A stretch of 64,000 nucleotides of DNA from Alphaproteobacteria bacterium (GTDB lineage Bacteria > Pseudomonadota > Alphaproteobacteria > MPNO01), in assembly GCA_965203455.1 (NCBI GenBank), contig CBDBCV010000015.1, positions 219,359 to 283,358 on the forward strand, in the 5' to 3' direction. Within the stretch, counting starts at the first letter, position 1. Each line of letters begins with the position of its first letter. The notes under the pieces are model-generated. The model made no database searches. It worked only from the letters and a program-made list of their open reading frames with translations, and was not told the DNA's origin. This document shows, piece by piece, positions 49,658-59,900 of this stretch. A program made the position numbers and the translations under genes.

Positions 49658-50287
49658 TTCTTGATATGAGAGCAGCTCACGCTCTTGCTGCTGCTTGTAG
49701 ATCCGCTGCAGCCGTGCCTGTTCCGCCTGCCTCTGGCGCTCGAGCCGCTCCTGTTGAGCCTTTTGGAATTCATAGGCCTGCCGCTGCCGGTCGCGGGTCT
49801 GCTGAAACATCCGTATGGCCCGGTTCGTCTGGCGTACGCTTCGTTCGTACGCCCGTCTGCTGTCTTCGCGCCTCTCCGCCGCGGCGCGCTCGGCCTCCCT
49901 TTGCCGCGCGGCCGCGGCTTCTCTCCGGTCCCGCTCGGCGCGGCGCGCCTCCTCGCGGTGCCGCGCGGCTTCCGCCTCCGCGCGGGCGGTCTCCCGTTGC
50001 CGCGCCTCCGCCGCCTCGGCTTCCCGCCGCGCCTGTTCGGCCCGGCGGTCGGCCTCGATCTTCTCCAGTGCCCCTGCGTACCCGGCCGATTGCGCGGCGC
50101 CGCCCGCTCGGCCGTTCATCGCCCTCTCGTAGTTGGAAAGGCCGGTCCCGGCCTCCCTTGCCGCCATCGGCGCCGCCCGCGCGGCCGTGTGCGACGTCGA
50201 TCCGGTCTCCGCCGCATCCGGCGCCCAGGGATCGCGCCCGGTCCAACGGTCGCCGGCAGGCCGACCTCCGCCGCATCCGGCGCCCAC
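49637..50287 (-). CDS. Arg/Glu/Ala-rich coiled-coil hypothetical protein, C-terminally truncated by the IS1182 copy 2 insertion; possibly the 3' part of the upstream secreted-protein gene after a frameshift in a 57-bp tandem repeat
   Basis: The last five residues (KCALW) are encoded by the IS terminus. The upstream ORF 50116..50862 shares the repeated peptide GDRxxGxxWxGRDPWAPDAAE in a different frame. Confidence 0.45.
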   Translation of the reverse strand: MGAGCGGGRPAGDRWTGRDPWAPDAAETGSTSHTAARAAPMAAREAGTGLSNYERAMNGRAGGAAQSAGYAGALEKIEADRRAEQARREAEAAEARQRETARAEAEAARHREEARRAERDRREAAAARQREAERAAAERREDSRRAYERSVRQTNRAIRMFQQTRDRQRQAYEFQKAQQERLERQRQAEQARLQRIYKQQQERELLSYQEEKCALW

Positions 50288-50862
50288 GGGTCGCGCCCGG
50301 CCCAGGGGTTCCCGGGAGCCCGGTCCCCCGCGGCCGCGCCCCCGAGCGTTCCCGGATCGCCCGGCGCCACCGACGAGTGAACTGCATCTTGCAGTTCATG
50401 CAGCTCGGACCCGACCTCGTATCCGAAATCCCAAACCGTGAGGGCGGTTTCGACATGTGGAGAAACGGCCCGCCCCATCGCGGCCGCGCCGCCCCATCGC
50501 CTGGCCAGCTTCTTCAACACGGGACCCAGGACCTTCGTCTTCTCCAGCCGCTTCCAGACCTTCTTCCCGACCTCCCACGCTCCCCGCTCGACCGCATCGA
50601 CAGTCTTGTCGACCGCCTTGTCGATCTCCTTGTCGATCCTGGCTTCGGGGGAACCCGGTGCGGGTCGCTGCCGCTCCTGCGGCTTGGCCTCCCTTGCCGG
50701 ATCCTTCTTCTCCATGGCCCCAGTCCCGGCCTCCATGAGATAATGCATTTCGAGGCCGAACCCGTGCGCCGGGACGGGTGCAACGGAAACCGCCGCCAGC
50801 GCCAGGAGGGCCGCGCAGGCGGAGACCGGGTTTGCAAGGGCGAGCGGGTGTCGTGCGAGCAT
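50116..50862 (-). CDS. Secreted hypothetical protein (signal peptide MLARHPLALANPVSACAALLALAAVSVAPVPA)
   Basis: Clear Sec signal. Lys/Glu-rich amphipathic segment. 4-nt overlap with the upstream gene. Confidence 0.45.
   Translation of the reverse strand: MLARHPLALANPVSACAALLALAAVSVAPVPAHGFGLEMHYLMEAGTGAMEKKDPAREAKPQERQRPAPGSPEARIDKEIDKAVDKTVDAVERGAWEVGKKVWKRLEKTKVLGPVLKKLARRWGGAAAMGRAVSPHVETALTVWDFGYEVGSELHELQDAVHSSVAPGDPGTLGGAAAGDRAPGNPWAGRDPWAPDAAEVGLPATVGPGAIPGRRMRRRPDRRRTRPRGRRRWRQGRPGPAFPTTRGR
50195..50310. repeat. About 57-bp tandem repeat x2 inside coding sequence
   Basis: ...GGCGCCCAGGGATCGCGCCCGGTCCAACGGTCGCCGGCAGGCCGACCTCCGCCGCATCC repeated with a few substitutions. Confidence 0.6.
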
Positions 50863-50866
50863 GGCC

Positions 50867-51934
50867 TTATCCTTTCCCCGGCCCGGCGGCATCGGCCGCC
50901 ACGGCCGTGTCGAGAAGCGAAACGATCAGGATGCGGCGCAGCGAACACGCCGCCCCCTCCAGCCGGCACTGGACCAGGAAGTAGACCTGCCCGTCCTCGG
51001 GCAGCGACCCGATCAGCAGCCGCCGGTCCGCGCCGGCGTCCAGGATCATGTCGAGCACGAGCCGGGCCGCCAGACCCTCGGGCAAGGCCGCCGCCGCTTC
51101 CGCCGTCGCCGGGTCGGTCGCGGGCGCCGCTGCCGCCACCGCGCCGGCATCGCCCGAGGACAGCGCCGCCGTCACCCTGGCCAGCGTCGGGCGCAGCCAT
51201 TCCGGGGCGCCCGACGCCCAGCCGGCGTGCTGGCGCGCATTCCACAGCAGCCGCGGCCAGGCGGCGTGCGCGCGGGCCGCGTCATCCGCGAAGCTGGCGG
51301 CGGCCTTCGCGCCGGACCGCGCCCCCGGCGGGTGCAGACGGTGGAATTCGGCCAGACGGGAGAGCGCGGTCGCCGAGAGCGCCTCGACCATGCCGGCGTC
51401 GGACTCCAGCCATGACGGGCGAGGCGCCGCCGCGCGCGGCGGACCCCCGGAATCCTCGCCGGGAAAGACCCGTGCGGCGGCGACCCGCCAGCCGTCGTCC
51501 TGCTTCTCCCACCGGGTGGCGACGGCAACGTCGAGCAGCGGGTTGTAGTAGAGCGCGGCCGGCCCGGGCGAGCGCAGCCGGCCGAGCGCCACCATCGTGT
51601 TCCGGAAGAACGCCGGCCACAGGCCGGGCGGGGCGCGCTCAGCGAGACCGCCCGGGATCCGGGACAGGACGGCGTTCCCGCCTCCCTTGACGACCGCTGC
51701 CCGCAGCGCCAGCGCGTGCGCGGCAAAGCGGCGCGCCCCGTCATCGGTTTGCATCAGCCTCCCCACCGCGCGCGCGGCGGAGGCCGCGGGAGGCTCCGTT
51801 GCGGCGGAAGCCTGCGCGCCGCTCGCCGGCCCGGATTTCCGTTCCTGGGCAACCGCCCCCGCAGGGCAGGCCAGGGCGGCGACCGCCAGCACCGCCGCCG
51901 CAACTGGCGCCAGCCCGATCCGGTTCGCAAGCAT
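50867..51934 (-). CDS. Secreted hypothetical protein (signal peptide MLANRIGLAPVAAAVLAVAALACPAGAVA)
   Basis: 355 aa, no recognisable domain. Co-directional with the two downstream ORFs. Confidence 0.5.
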   Translation of the reverse strand: MLANRIGLAPVAAAVLAVAALACPAGAVAQERKSGPASGAQASAATEPPAASAARAVGRLMQTDDGARRFAAHALALRAAVVKGGGNAVLSRIPGGLAERAPPGLWPAFFRNTMVALGRLRSPGPAALYYNPLLDVAVATRWEKQDDGWRVAAARVFPGEDSGGPPRAAAPRPSWLESDAGMVEALSATALSRLAEFHRLHPPGARSGAKAAASFADDAARAHAAWPRLLWNARQHAGWASGAPEWLRPTLARVTAALSSGDAGAVAAAAPATDPATAEAAAALPEGLAARLVLDMILDAGADRRLLIGSLPEDGQVYFLVQCRLEGAACSLRRILIVSLLDTAVAADAAGPGKG

Positions 51935-52310
51935 CGCCGGGCGCTCAGCCCCCGGGCGGGTGGCTGTCACCTCGCCGAGGCTCGCGGCCGTCGCCGCCGT
52001 CCGGGCTTCCGGCCCGGAGACCGGCGCGCCGGGAAGGCAGCCACGCGCGCCGCATCCGGCACGGTCCCGTAGCGCGGTTCCGGAAAAGGGAGAGCGAGCC
52101 CGGCCCGGCTCCCGGTTTACACGATGCAGGAAGAAGCGCGAGGCGCGAGGCGGATTTTACACAACTGTCCGCTTGCCGATGTCAAGAAACGGATCCATCC
52201 GTTCGCTGCGTTCGGGTCAAGACTATACCCGACCCCCGGCTTGTCAATGGCCTGCACGCCATCCTCCAATGACGGCCGCAGGAATGGAAGCGGCGGCCTG
52301 GACACCCGGC

Positions 52311-53312
52311 TCAGCGCCTGGGCGGGGCGGCCATCGCCTCGTCGAGGCTCGCCGCCGTCAGCACCGCCTCCGCCCAGGCTTCCAGCTCGGAGGCCGACGC
52401 GTGGCGAACCCGCTCGCGCACCGCATCCGGCACAATCCCGAAGCGCAACTCCAGAAGGCGCAGAACGATCCCGGCCTGGCCCTCGGTGCGGCCTCGTTCG
52501 ATGCCTTGTTCGATGCCTTGTTCGATGCCTTGTTTGATGCCTTGTTCGATACCCTGTTCGATCCAGGCTTCGGCGACGGTACCCATCAGCGCCTCCCATC
52601 GGTCCGGCTTCGTCCGGCGCAGCGACGCCTCCAGCATCACGGGCGTCAGGTTCATGCGCTCGGCAATGTAGCGCACAATATGACGCTCGAACGCGCTCCC
52701 GGCAACCGGCCCGCCGGTCATCAGGTCGAGGAGGTCGGCCGGTATGTCAGTGGCATGGACCACCCGGAGCGCCAGCAGCCCGGCCCGGACCTCCGGCGTC
52801 CGCGACAGATGCAGCGGCTCGATCCCGCCCAGGTCGTGCAGCACATAGGCGAACTCCCGGACAAACGGCCCGAGTTCCTCGGGCGCGTCGATCATCTCCG
52901 CCACCGAGCGCGGCACGGTCCACGTGCCCGGGCCGTGGTAGAAGACAAGCGGGATGATCGCCGGCAGCCGGTCCCTGGCAGCGCCGCCCTCGATCTCGCG
53001 GAGCCAGATGCTGACGAGGTATTTCAGGATCTGGAGCGGCGTGGCGGCGTCGATATGGCTCTTGTGCTCCAGGAGCGCGAATATGAAGGCATCCTCGCCG
53101 GTCCTGAGCCTGACCCTGAAGAGGGCGTCGCACTGGGTCCTTGCGGCGTCCTCGTCGACGAAGCTGCCCTCGACCGCCTCCGGCGGGGTGTCGGGGTCGA
53201 GCAGGCCGGCGACCTCCGGCGGCAGGTAGTCCGCGAGCAGCGCGCCGGCGCGGGCCGGGTCTGAGACCAGCGCCCGGAACAGCGCGTCGTGCGGCGTTGC
53301 GGGAAGGCTCAC
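52311..53312 (-). CDS. rpn: Rpn-family recombination-promoting nuclease / putative transposase (YhgA-like, PDDEXK_7)
   Basis: N-terminal HDALFRALVSDP... Catalytic D...EHK motif (FIFALLEHKSHID). C-terminal (EQGIx) repeats encoded by a 15-bp tandem repeat. Confidence 0.75.
   Translation of the reverse strand: MSLPATPHDALFRALVSDPARAGALLADYLPPEVAGLLDPDTPPEAVEGSFVDEDAARTQCDALFRVRLRTGEDAFIFALLEHKSHIDAATPLQILKYLVSIWLREIEGGAARDRLPAIIPLVFYHGPGTWTVPRSVAEMIDAPEELGPFVREFAYVLHDLGGIEPLHLSRTPEVRAGLLALRVVHATDIPADLLDLMTGGPVAGSAFERHIVRYIAERMNLTPVMLEASLRRTKPDRWEALMGTVAEAWIEQGIEQGIKQGIEQGIEQGIERGRTEGQAGIVLRLLELRFGIVPDAVRERVRHASASELEAWAEAVLTAASLDEAMAAPPRR
52497..52571. repeat. 15-bp tandem repeat x5 (CGATGCCTTGTTCGA period) encoding EQGIEQGIKQGIEQGIEQGIE in rpn
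   Basis: Visible directly; coding, not CRISPR. Confidence 0.8.
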
Positions 53313-53764
53313 CGGGCGGGCGCCCGGCGGGCATCCCGCCCGCGGTCCGTGACAGGAACGGCATTCGTCATGGCGGCACCCTACGCCGGCCAGCCTTTCC
53401 GGTCGACCGGGGATGCGGGCGACCGAAGGACCGCCGACGTTCCCGGCGCCTCCTCCCCGCCTCTCGACACCGTCCGGCGGATGCGCCGGTTACCGCACGG
53501 CCCCGGAGAGGGCGCGGCCTGTCCCGGACGACACGACGATCGGCGCCATTCGCCGCCTGGAGGATGATGTTTCCTGTTCGTCCCTTGTTCCCCGTCTTGG
53601 AAGCGCATATCTGGCTTCCATGGAGTCGCACGGATCCCGCATTTCCGCCTCTGCCGGAGCGTTGCCTCGATGGTAGCGTCCATCGGCAAGATCGCCTCGC
53701 CGGCGCAGGGCGTGGGGTATTTCGAGCGCGACGGCTCTCTCTCTCTCTCTTGAGTAAAAAAAAC

Positions 53765-53928
53765 CTACGCCATTGCTTCCGCCCCAATTTTCACATCCGG
53801 GGTTTCGACAACCTTGACCAGTTGGTAGCCGAGTTGTCTGGCGCGGCGGCCGAGGTTTGAGACCGTCCGGTTCACCCGGCGCTGCTCATAGGTCTCCATC
53901 CCGCGCTCCACATATTCCTCGCCGCGGG
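53765..53928 (-). pseudogene. IS110-family transposase, C-terminal fragment (separated from the rest by the nested IS3)
   Basis: Translation TRGEEYVERGMETYEQRRVNRTVSNLGRRARQLGYQLVKVVETPDVKIGAEAMA* resembles the conserved C-terminal tail of IS110-family transposases. Confidence 0.6.
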
Positions 53929-54128
53929 TGAGGTGGCGTCGCAAAATCGGACAGGTCGTCAAGGTGTATTCCGCCGTGTGACGGAGGAATGCGGATGAGC
54001 AAGCGACGCAGGTTTTCGGGGGAGCTGAAGGCGAAGATAGCCTTGGAGGCGCTACGGGGTGATCGGACGCTTCAGGAGATTGCCTCGAAGCACCAGGTGC
54101 ATCCGAACCAGGTGGGTGTGTGGAAGCG
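53929..54128 (+). mobile_element. IS3 left-end fragment (first 200 bp, including the orfA 5' end), in tandem with the full copy b
   Basis: Identical to 54129..54328 and ends at ...GTGTGGAAGCG. GGG at 53926..53928 matches GGG at 55471..55473, a 3-bp TSD flanking the whole 1542-bp unit. Confidence 0.8.
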
Positions 54129-54188
54129 TGAGGTGGCGTCGCAAAATCGGACAGGTCGTCAAGGTGTATTCCGCCGTGTGACGGAGGA

Positions 54189-54476
54189 ATGCGGATGAGC
54201 AAGCGACGCAGGTTTTCGGGGGAGCTGAAGGCGAAGATAGCCTTGGAGGCGCTACGGGGTGATCGGACGCTTCAGGAGATTGCCTCGAAGCACCAGGTGC
54301 ATCCGAACCAGGTGGGTGTGTGGAAGCGCCAGGCGATGGAGGGTCTGGGGGAGGTCTTTTCCGGTGGAGGTGAGCGCCGGGCGCGGGATCACGAGAGCGA
54401 GGTCCGGGCTCTTCACGCCAAGATCGGGGAGTTGATCGTAGAGCGTGATTTTTTGTCACGCGGGTCCGGTCGCTGA
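54189..54476 (+). CDS. IS3 OrfA
   Basis: Identical 95-aa protein. Confidence 0.85.
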   Translation: MRMSKRRRFSGELKAKIALEALRGDRTLQEIASKHQVHPNQVGVWKRQAMEGLGEVFSGGGERRARDHESEVRALHAKIGELIVERDFLSRGSGR

Positions 54477-54496
54477 GCCGGTCCGGGAGACGGGCG

Positions 54497-55470
54497 ATGG
54501 TTGTGCGGGGCCACCCGTCGTTGAGCCTGACCCGGCAATGCCGTCTGCTGTCGATCGGGCGCTCGTCGCTCTATGACCGGCCGAAGGGGGAGAGCGCGGA
54601 GACGCTGGCTCTGATGCGCCGGATCGACGCGCTGTTCCTCAAGTATCCGTTCTACGGCGCCCGCCAGATGGTTCGGCATCTGCGCCGCGAGGGGGTGCGG
54701 ATCGGGCGGCGGCGGGCCGCTCGCCTGATGCGCCTGCTTGGTCTTCAGGCGGTCTATCGGGCGCCGCGGACCAGTGCGCCGCACCTCGGGCACCGGGTTT
54801 ATCCATATCTGCTGCGGGGTCTGGCGATCGAGCGGCCGAACCATGTGTGGTGCGCCGACATCACCTACATCCCGGTGCGGCGCGGCTTCCTCTACCTGGT
54901 GGCGATCATGGACTGGGCGAGCCGCTGCGTCCTGGCCTGGCGGCTGTCGAACACGCTGGACGCGGGGTTCTGTGTCGAGGCTCTCGACGAAGCCCTGGCG
55001 CGCCATGGCACCCCGCAGATCTTCAACACCGACCAGGGCAGCCAGTTCACCGGCTTCGCCTTCACCGCGCGCCTGCGGGAGGCCGGTATCCGCATCTCGA
55101 TGGACGGCCGCGGCCGGTGCATGGACAACATCTTCATCGAGCGGCTGTGGCGCTCGCTCAAATACGAGGCGGTCTACCTGCACGAGATCGCCGACGGCTT
55201 CGCAGCCCGGCGCGTCATCGGCCAGTGGATCGGCTTCTACAACACCGAGAGACCGCACTCGGCACTCGGCGGGCGGACGCCGGCCGAGGCCTACCGGGGC
55301 GACACGCCTGTGGATATGATGGACAAGCCGCTTCGCGCCTTGACCACATACCCACAGGCGCAACAGCAGCAGCAGAAAGATCGATCCAAGAGGATTCTGG
55401 CGGCACAAACTTCAACCGGAATACACCTTGAAAACGCCGTCAGCCTGTCCGACAAACCGACGCCACCTCA
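54497..55470 (+). CDS. IS3 OrfB transposase (no in-element stop; the six-frame ORF continues to 57217 through the antisense IS110)
   Basis: Identical to the orfB of copy a up to ...KPTPPQ. Confidence 0.8.
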
Positions 55471-56725
55471 GGGTGACCAGCGTGTAGACCAGGCAGGCAA
55501 GCTCGCGGGCGGTTGCGTTGATGGCAACCGGGGCATCCTTGCGGGCGAGGCGCGCACGGTGCCGGGCGCCGATGAACGTCTGGCTCCTGCGAGCGTTCAG
55601 GGCCGCCATGCGAAGGGACTGCGCGGCCTTGTTGATCACCTTGGGCGAGCGGCCCGGCAGGGGTTTGCCACCACTGATGCGGGTTCCCGGCGCCAGCCCG
55701 AGCCAGGAACAGAAGTGCTGCGCGGACGGGAAGGCCGAGAAGTCCGGGCCGATCTCCGACGCGATCGTGAGTGCGGTCGTAACCCCGATCGCAGGGATCG
55801 CGGTGAGATCGACGCCCATCATCCTGTGCAGGGCCTCGGCCATCGCCTTTTCGCTGGCGGCCCGCTTGGCAGCATCGCTCCGGATCTTCGACGGGCAGCG
55901 CGTGGGAGTGTTGTCCGGAGCCGCATTCGCCGGACCGTCCGTCCCATCGTCCGGCGGCGTCAGGCTGTCGATCTGCGCCGCGATCTGCGCCTCGCAGACC
56001 TCAATCTGGCCAGTGAGAAAGTCGAAGCGCTGCATCGCCTGCGTCAGTGCGAACAGATGCTCCTCGCGCCAGGTGCCCTGCAATGCTGCCGTGATCCTGT
56101 CGCCGCTGGCCTTGATCCGCCCGTCCCGAAGTTCTGCGAGCCGGTGTGGATCACGCTCGCCGTCGACGATCGCCCGCAGGATCCTCTGTCCCGTCACGCC
56201 GGTGATGTCGCTGATCACCGAGTCAAGCCGCACGTTCATCTCGGTCAGCGCCTTCTGCATGTGCAGCACACAGCGCGCGCGATCTTCGATCAGCCGCTTC
56301 GCCTGGCGCACATACGAGCGCAGCGGGCATACCGCATCGCCGGGACGGAAGGCACCTCGCAGAAGCCCGTAAGACAGAAGCTGACGGATCCACTGGCAAT
56401 CAAGCACATCGCTCTTGCGACCGGCGATCTGCTTCGTCATCCGCGGCGGCACGAGCATCACCTCGAAGCCGGCGCGATCCAGAACCTCGTAGACCGGAAT
56501 CCAGTACACCGAGGTCGACTCCATCGCCACCTTGTTCACCCCGCAGGACGACAGCCATGCCGCCATCTCCTCAAGATCCCGCGTGAAGGCATCGAACGAC
56601 CGGACCGGTTCCGAACAACTTTCGGGGTCGACCGCGACATAGTGAACGTCCTTGCCGATATCGATCCCGGCACAATCCCGGTTCACGACTTGCAGGCTCT
56701 CGGACCGTCGGCGCTTGCGTGGCAT
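55471..56725 (-). pseudogene. IS110-family transposase, N-terminal 418 aa (DEDD RuvC-like domain), interrupted by IS3
   Basis: N-terminal GIDIGKDVHYVAV (DEDD_Tnp_IS110) and Transposase_20 region (LTAIPAIGVTTALTIASEIGPDFSAFPSAQHFCSWLGLAPGTRISGGK). The IS110 element ends are not identifiable (the family lacks IRs); approximate extent 53740..56850. Confidence 0.75.
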
Positions 56726-56946
56726 CCAAATCCCTCCTCTGACCGCTTCGCTTCACTCGGGTCGGGGAGGAACCACGGCAAATCTCAATCTCTTGAACGA
56801 GGTCGCGGGAACCCCGCGCCATCAGTGACAGAAGCCGATCATGGTTCGGGCCACGCTACTTTACGGGTGCCTGAGCACGCCATTGCCAAGCCGGCCTCGA
56901 CTGCCCCGACCGCCCGACGAATCACATCTTCGAACTGCGCCAGCAA

Positions 56947-59900
56947 GTGCCCGTTTTTACTTTCGCGACAGGGCCGGTGCCGCGCGGGGGTGGATGCTAC
57001 TATGCGAAGGATGACGGGGCGCACCGCGAGGCGAGCGCTTGGGCGGGCCGGGGCGCGGAAGCGCTGGGTCTCTCCGGCCCGGTCGATCCGGAGGCGTTCC
57101 GCCGCGTGCTGGAAGGCGAGGTTCCCCGGAACGGGTCCGGGGCAGGCCCGGGCGGGCGGCGGCTGGGCCGCAGGGAACCGGACGGGACCGTCAAGCACCG
57201 TCCGGGCCGCGACGTGACCCTGAGCGCGCCGAAGTCGGTGTCCCTGATGGCGATGGTGGGCGGCGACGAACGGATCGTCGGGGCGCACGACCGGGCGGTG
57301 ATGGCGACGCTGGGCTGGATCGAGAAGAACGCCGTCGAGACAAGGCTGCGCGATCCCGCGACCGGGGCGATGGTCCGGGCCGGGAACCAGAAGACGGTCG
57401 CGGCCTGCTTCCGGCACGATACTTCCAGGAACCTCGATCCGCAGCTGCATACCCATGCCGTCGTCGCGAACATGGTCCAGGGCGAGGACGCCAGATGGCG
57501 GACCATGGTCGATGACGGGCTGTTTCAGGGCAAGATGGCGATCGGGGCGATCTACCGGGCGGAACTGGCGCAGGGGCTGACGGGCCTCGGCTATCGCGTG
57601 GAAAAGACCCATGCCGACGGCCGTTTCGAGATCGAGGGCGTCTCGCGCGCGGTCATCGACGCCTTCTCCACGCGCCGGGCGGAGATCGAGGCGGCGATGG
57701 CCGAACGCGGGATGGGGGTGTCGAAGGACAATCCCCACCTGGCGGCGAAGGCGGCGCTGATGACGCGGGCGGCGAAGCGGGACATCGACCGGGGCGAACT
57801 CACCCGGTCGTGGCAGCGCCAGGCGAAGGCGCTCGGCTTCTCGGCCGCCAAGGTCAAGACGAACGCGTGCAAGGCCGAACGCGGCCTGCCCGGGCCGGAC
57901 CTGTTCGCGGGTCCGGGATACGCGGCGGGCGACGCGGCGGCCTGGGCGGTGGAACATCTCTCCGAGCGCCACTCGGTGTTCGGCCATGCCGGCCTGCTGG
58001 CGGCGACGCTGGCCCGCGAGCCGGGCGCGGTGACCGTCGATGCCGCCGAACGCGCCATCGCGGCGCTCGAACGCGGCGGCAGCCTTCATGCCGCGCGCGG
58101 CCTCGATCATGGCCGACACTGGACCACGGACGCGGCGCTGGCGCGGGAATCGGAGACCGTCGCGCTGATGCGCGCGGGCCGGGGGGCGGAGAAGACGGTG
58201 ATGCGCCGCTGGGTGGCGGAGACGAAGCTCCACCGGGGCCGTCTCAACGAGGGCCAGAAGGAGGCGGTCAAGGCCATCCTCGCCAGCACGGATCGCGTCC
58301 TGGGCGTGCAGGGCTATGCCGGGACGGGGAAGACGACGATGCTGAAGCGCCTGCGCGCGCTCGGCGAGAGCCGGGGCTACCGCACCGCAGGTCTCGCGCC
58401 CTCGGCCTCGGCGGCGAAGACGCTTCAGAATGAATCCGGCATCCGGTCCGAGACGCTGCAACGCTATCTCGCCCGCCATGACGGGATCGCCCAGGGGCGG
58501 GGCTCGGCCGACGGCCTGCGCAAGCTCCGCGCCGCCAACGCGAGGACGATGCTGGTGGTGGACGAGTCCTCGCTCGCCTCCAGCGCGCAGATGAGGAACC
58601 TGCTGCGCATCGCGACGGCGCTGCGGCTTCCCCGCGTGGTGCTGGTCGGCGACGAGAAGCAGCTCGGCGCGGTCGAGGCCGGCAAGCCCTTCGCCCAGCT
58701 CAAGGCCACCGGGATGGCGACGGCGGTGATGGACGACATCGTGCGCCAGCGCGATGCCGAACTGAAGGCGGCGGTTAAGGCCAGCCTCACCGGCGACGTG
58801 AAGGGCGCCTTCGTGAAGCTCGGCGGGAACATCCGCCAGGTCGAATACGGGGATCTCGGCCTGGAAACCGCGCGCCAGTGGCTCGACCTGCCGTCCGGCG
58901 AGCGCGAGCGAACCGGGGTGATCGCGCCGACGCGGGCCTTGCGCGACGAGATCAACGCCATGATCCGCGCGGGCCTGGTCGCCGAAGGCGCCGTCGACGG
59001 CCCCGCCCGGCAGGGCGAGAGGCTGGTCTCGCGCGACCTCACCCGCGCCGAGATGGCCCGCGCCTCCAGCTACAACATCGGCGACACGGTGATCTTCACC
59101 CGTCCCTACAAGACGCTCGGGGTGGAGAAGGGCGACGAACGGAGGGTCGCCGGCATCGACCGGCGTTGGGGCGTGCTGCGGCTGGAGGACAGGCAGGGCA
59201 ACCGGACGCCGTGGCGGCCGGACCGCATCGCCGCCGCGAAGGGCGGGGTCGAGGTCTATCGCAGCGAGGCGATGGAGCTGCGCCGGGGCGACCGGGTACG
59301 CTTCACCCGCAACGATCCCGCCTCCGGCCTCGCCAACGGAGAGACCGCGACGGTCGAAACCGTCGAGCGGAACGGCGTGGTCTTCCGTCTCGACGACGGC
59401 AAGGTCGTGAAACTCGGCGACGGCGATGCCCGGCTCCGGCATATCGACCGCGCCTTCGCGGCCACGGTCCATGCCTTCCAGGGCCGCACGGTGGACCGGA
59501 TCTTCGCCGCGATGCCGGCGGAGAACCCGAGGCCGGTCAACCAGCGCGCGTTCTATGTCGCGATCAGCCGCGCACGGGATGCCGCCCAACTCGTCACCGA
59601 CGACGCCTGGAAGCTCGCGGACAGGCTCGAACGCGCGACCGGCGAGCGGCTCGCGGCGCTCGACGCCACCGCGAAACAGGCCGCCCGGGAGACCGTGTTC
59701 GGACGCGACGCCGGGCGCGATGGGGTCGGCGATCCCCTGACACGTGCCTCCGACGCGATGGATCGGGGTCTCGAACCGGATCGCCAAGATCGCCGGGAGC
59801 CCGGACGCGAGCGCGATTCCAGTCCCGGAAGCGACCGTGACGCCGGTCGCCGACGCGAGCGGGAACACCGCATCGGAAGTGAAACCGGCAAGGATCGTGA

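Larger units (their letters stand above)
54129..55470 (+). mobile_element. IS3-family element copy b (1342 bp), nested in an IS110-family element
   Basis: Same termini as copies a and c. Interrupts the IS110 transposase ORF, which reads through the IS3 end: ...TLRWRRFVGQADGVFKVYSG*. Confidence 0.85.

Noticed and set aside
52497-52571. Short tandem repeat array considered as a possible CRISPR
   Set aside because: It has a 15-bp period with no spacers and lies inside the rpn coding sequence, encoding (EQGIx)n. It is a coding microsatellite, not a CRISPR array.
53741-53754. (CT)7 microsatellite next to the IS110 3' end, considered as an insertion target motif
   Set aside because: It is a single occurrence, and IS110 termini cannot be placed without other copies. 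Noted only as a landmark.
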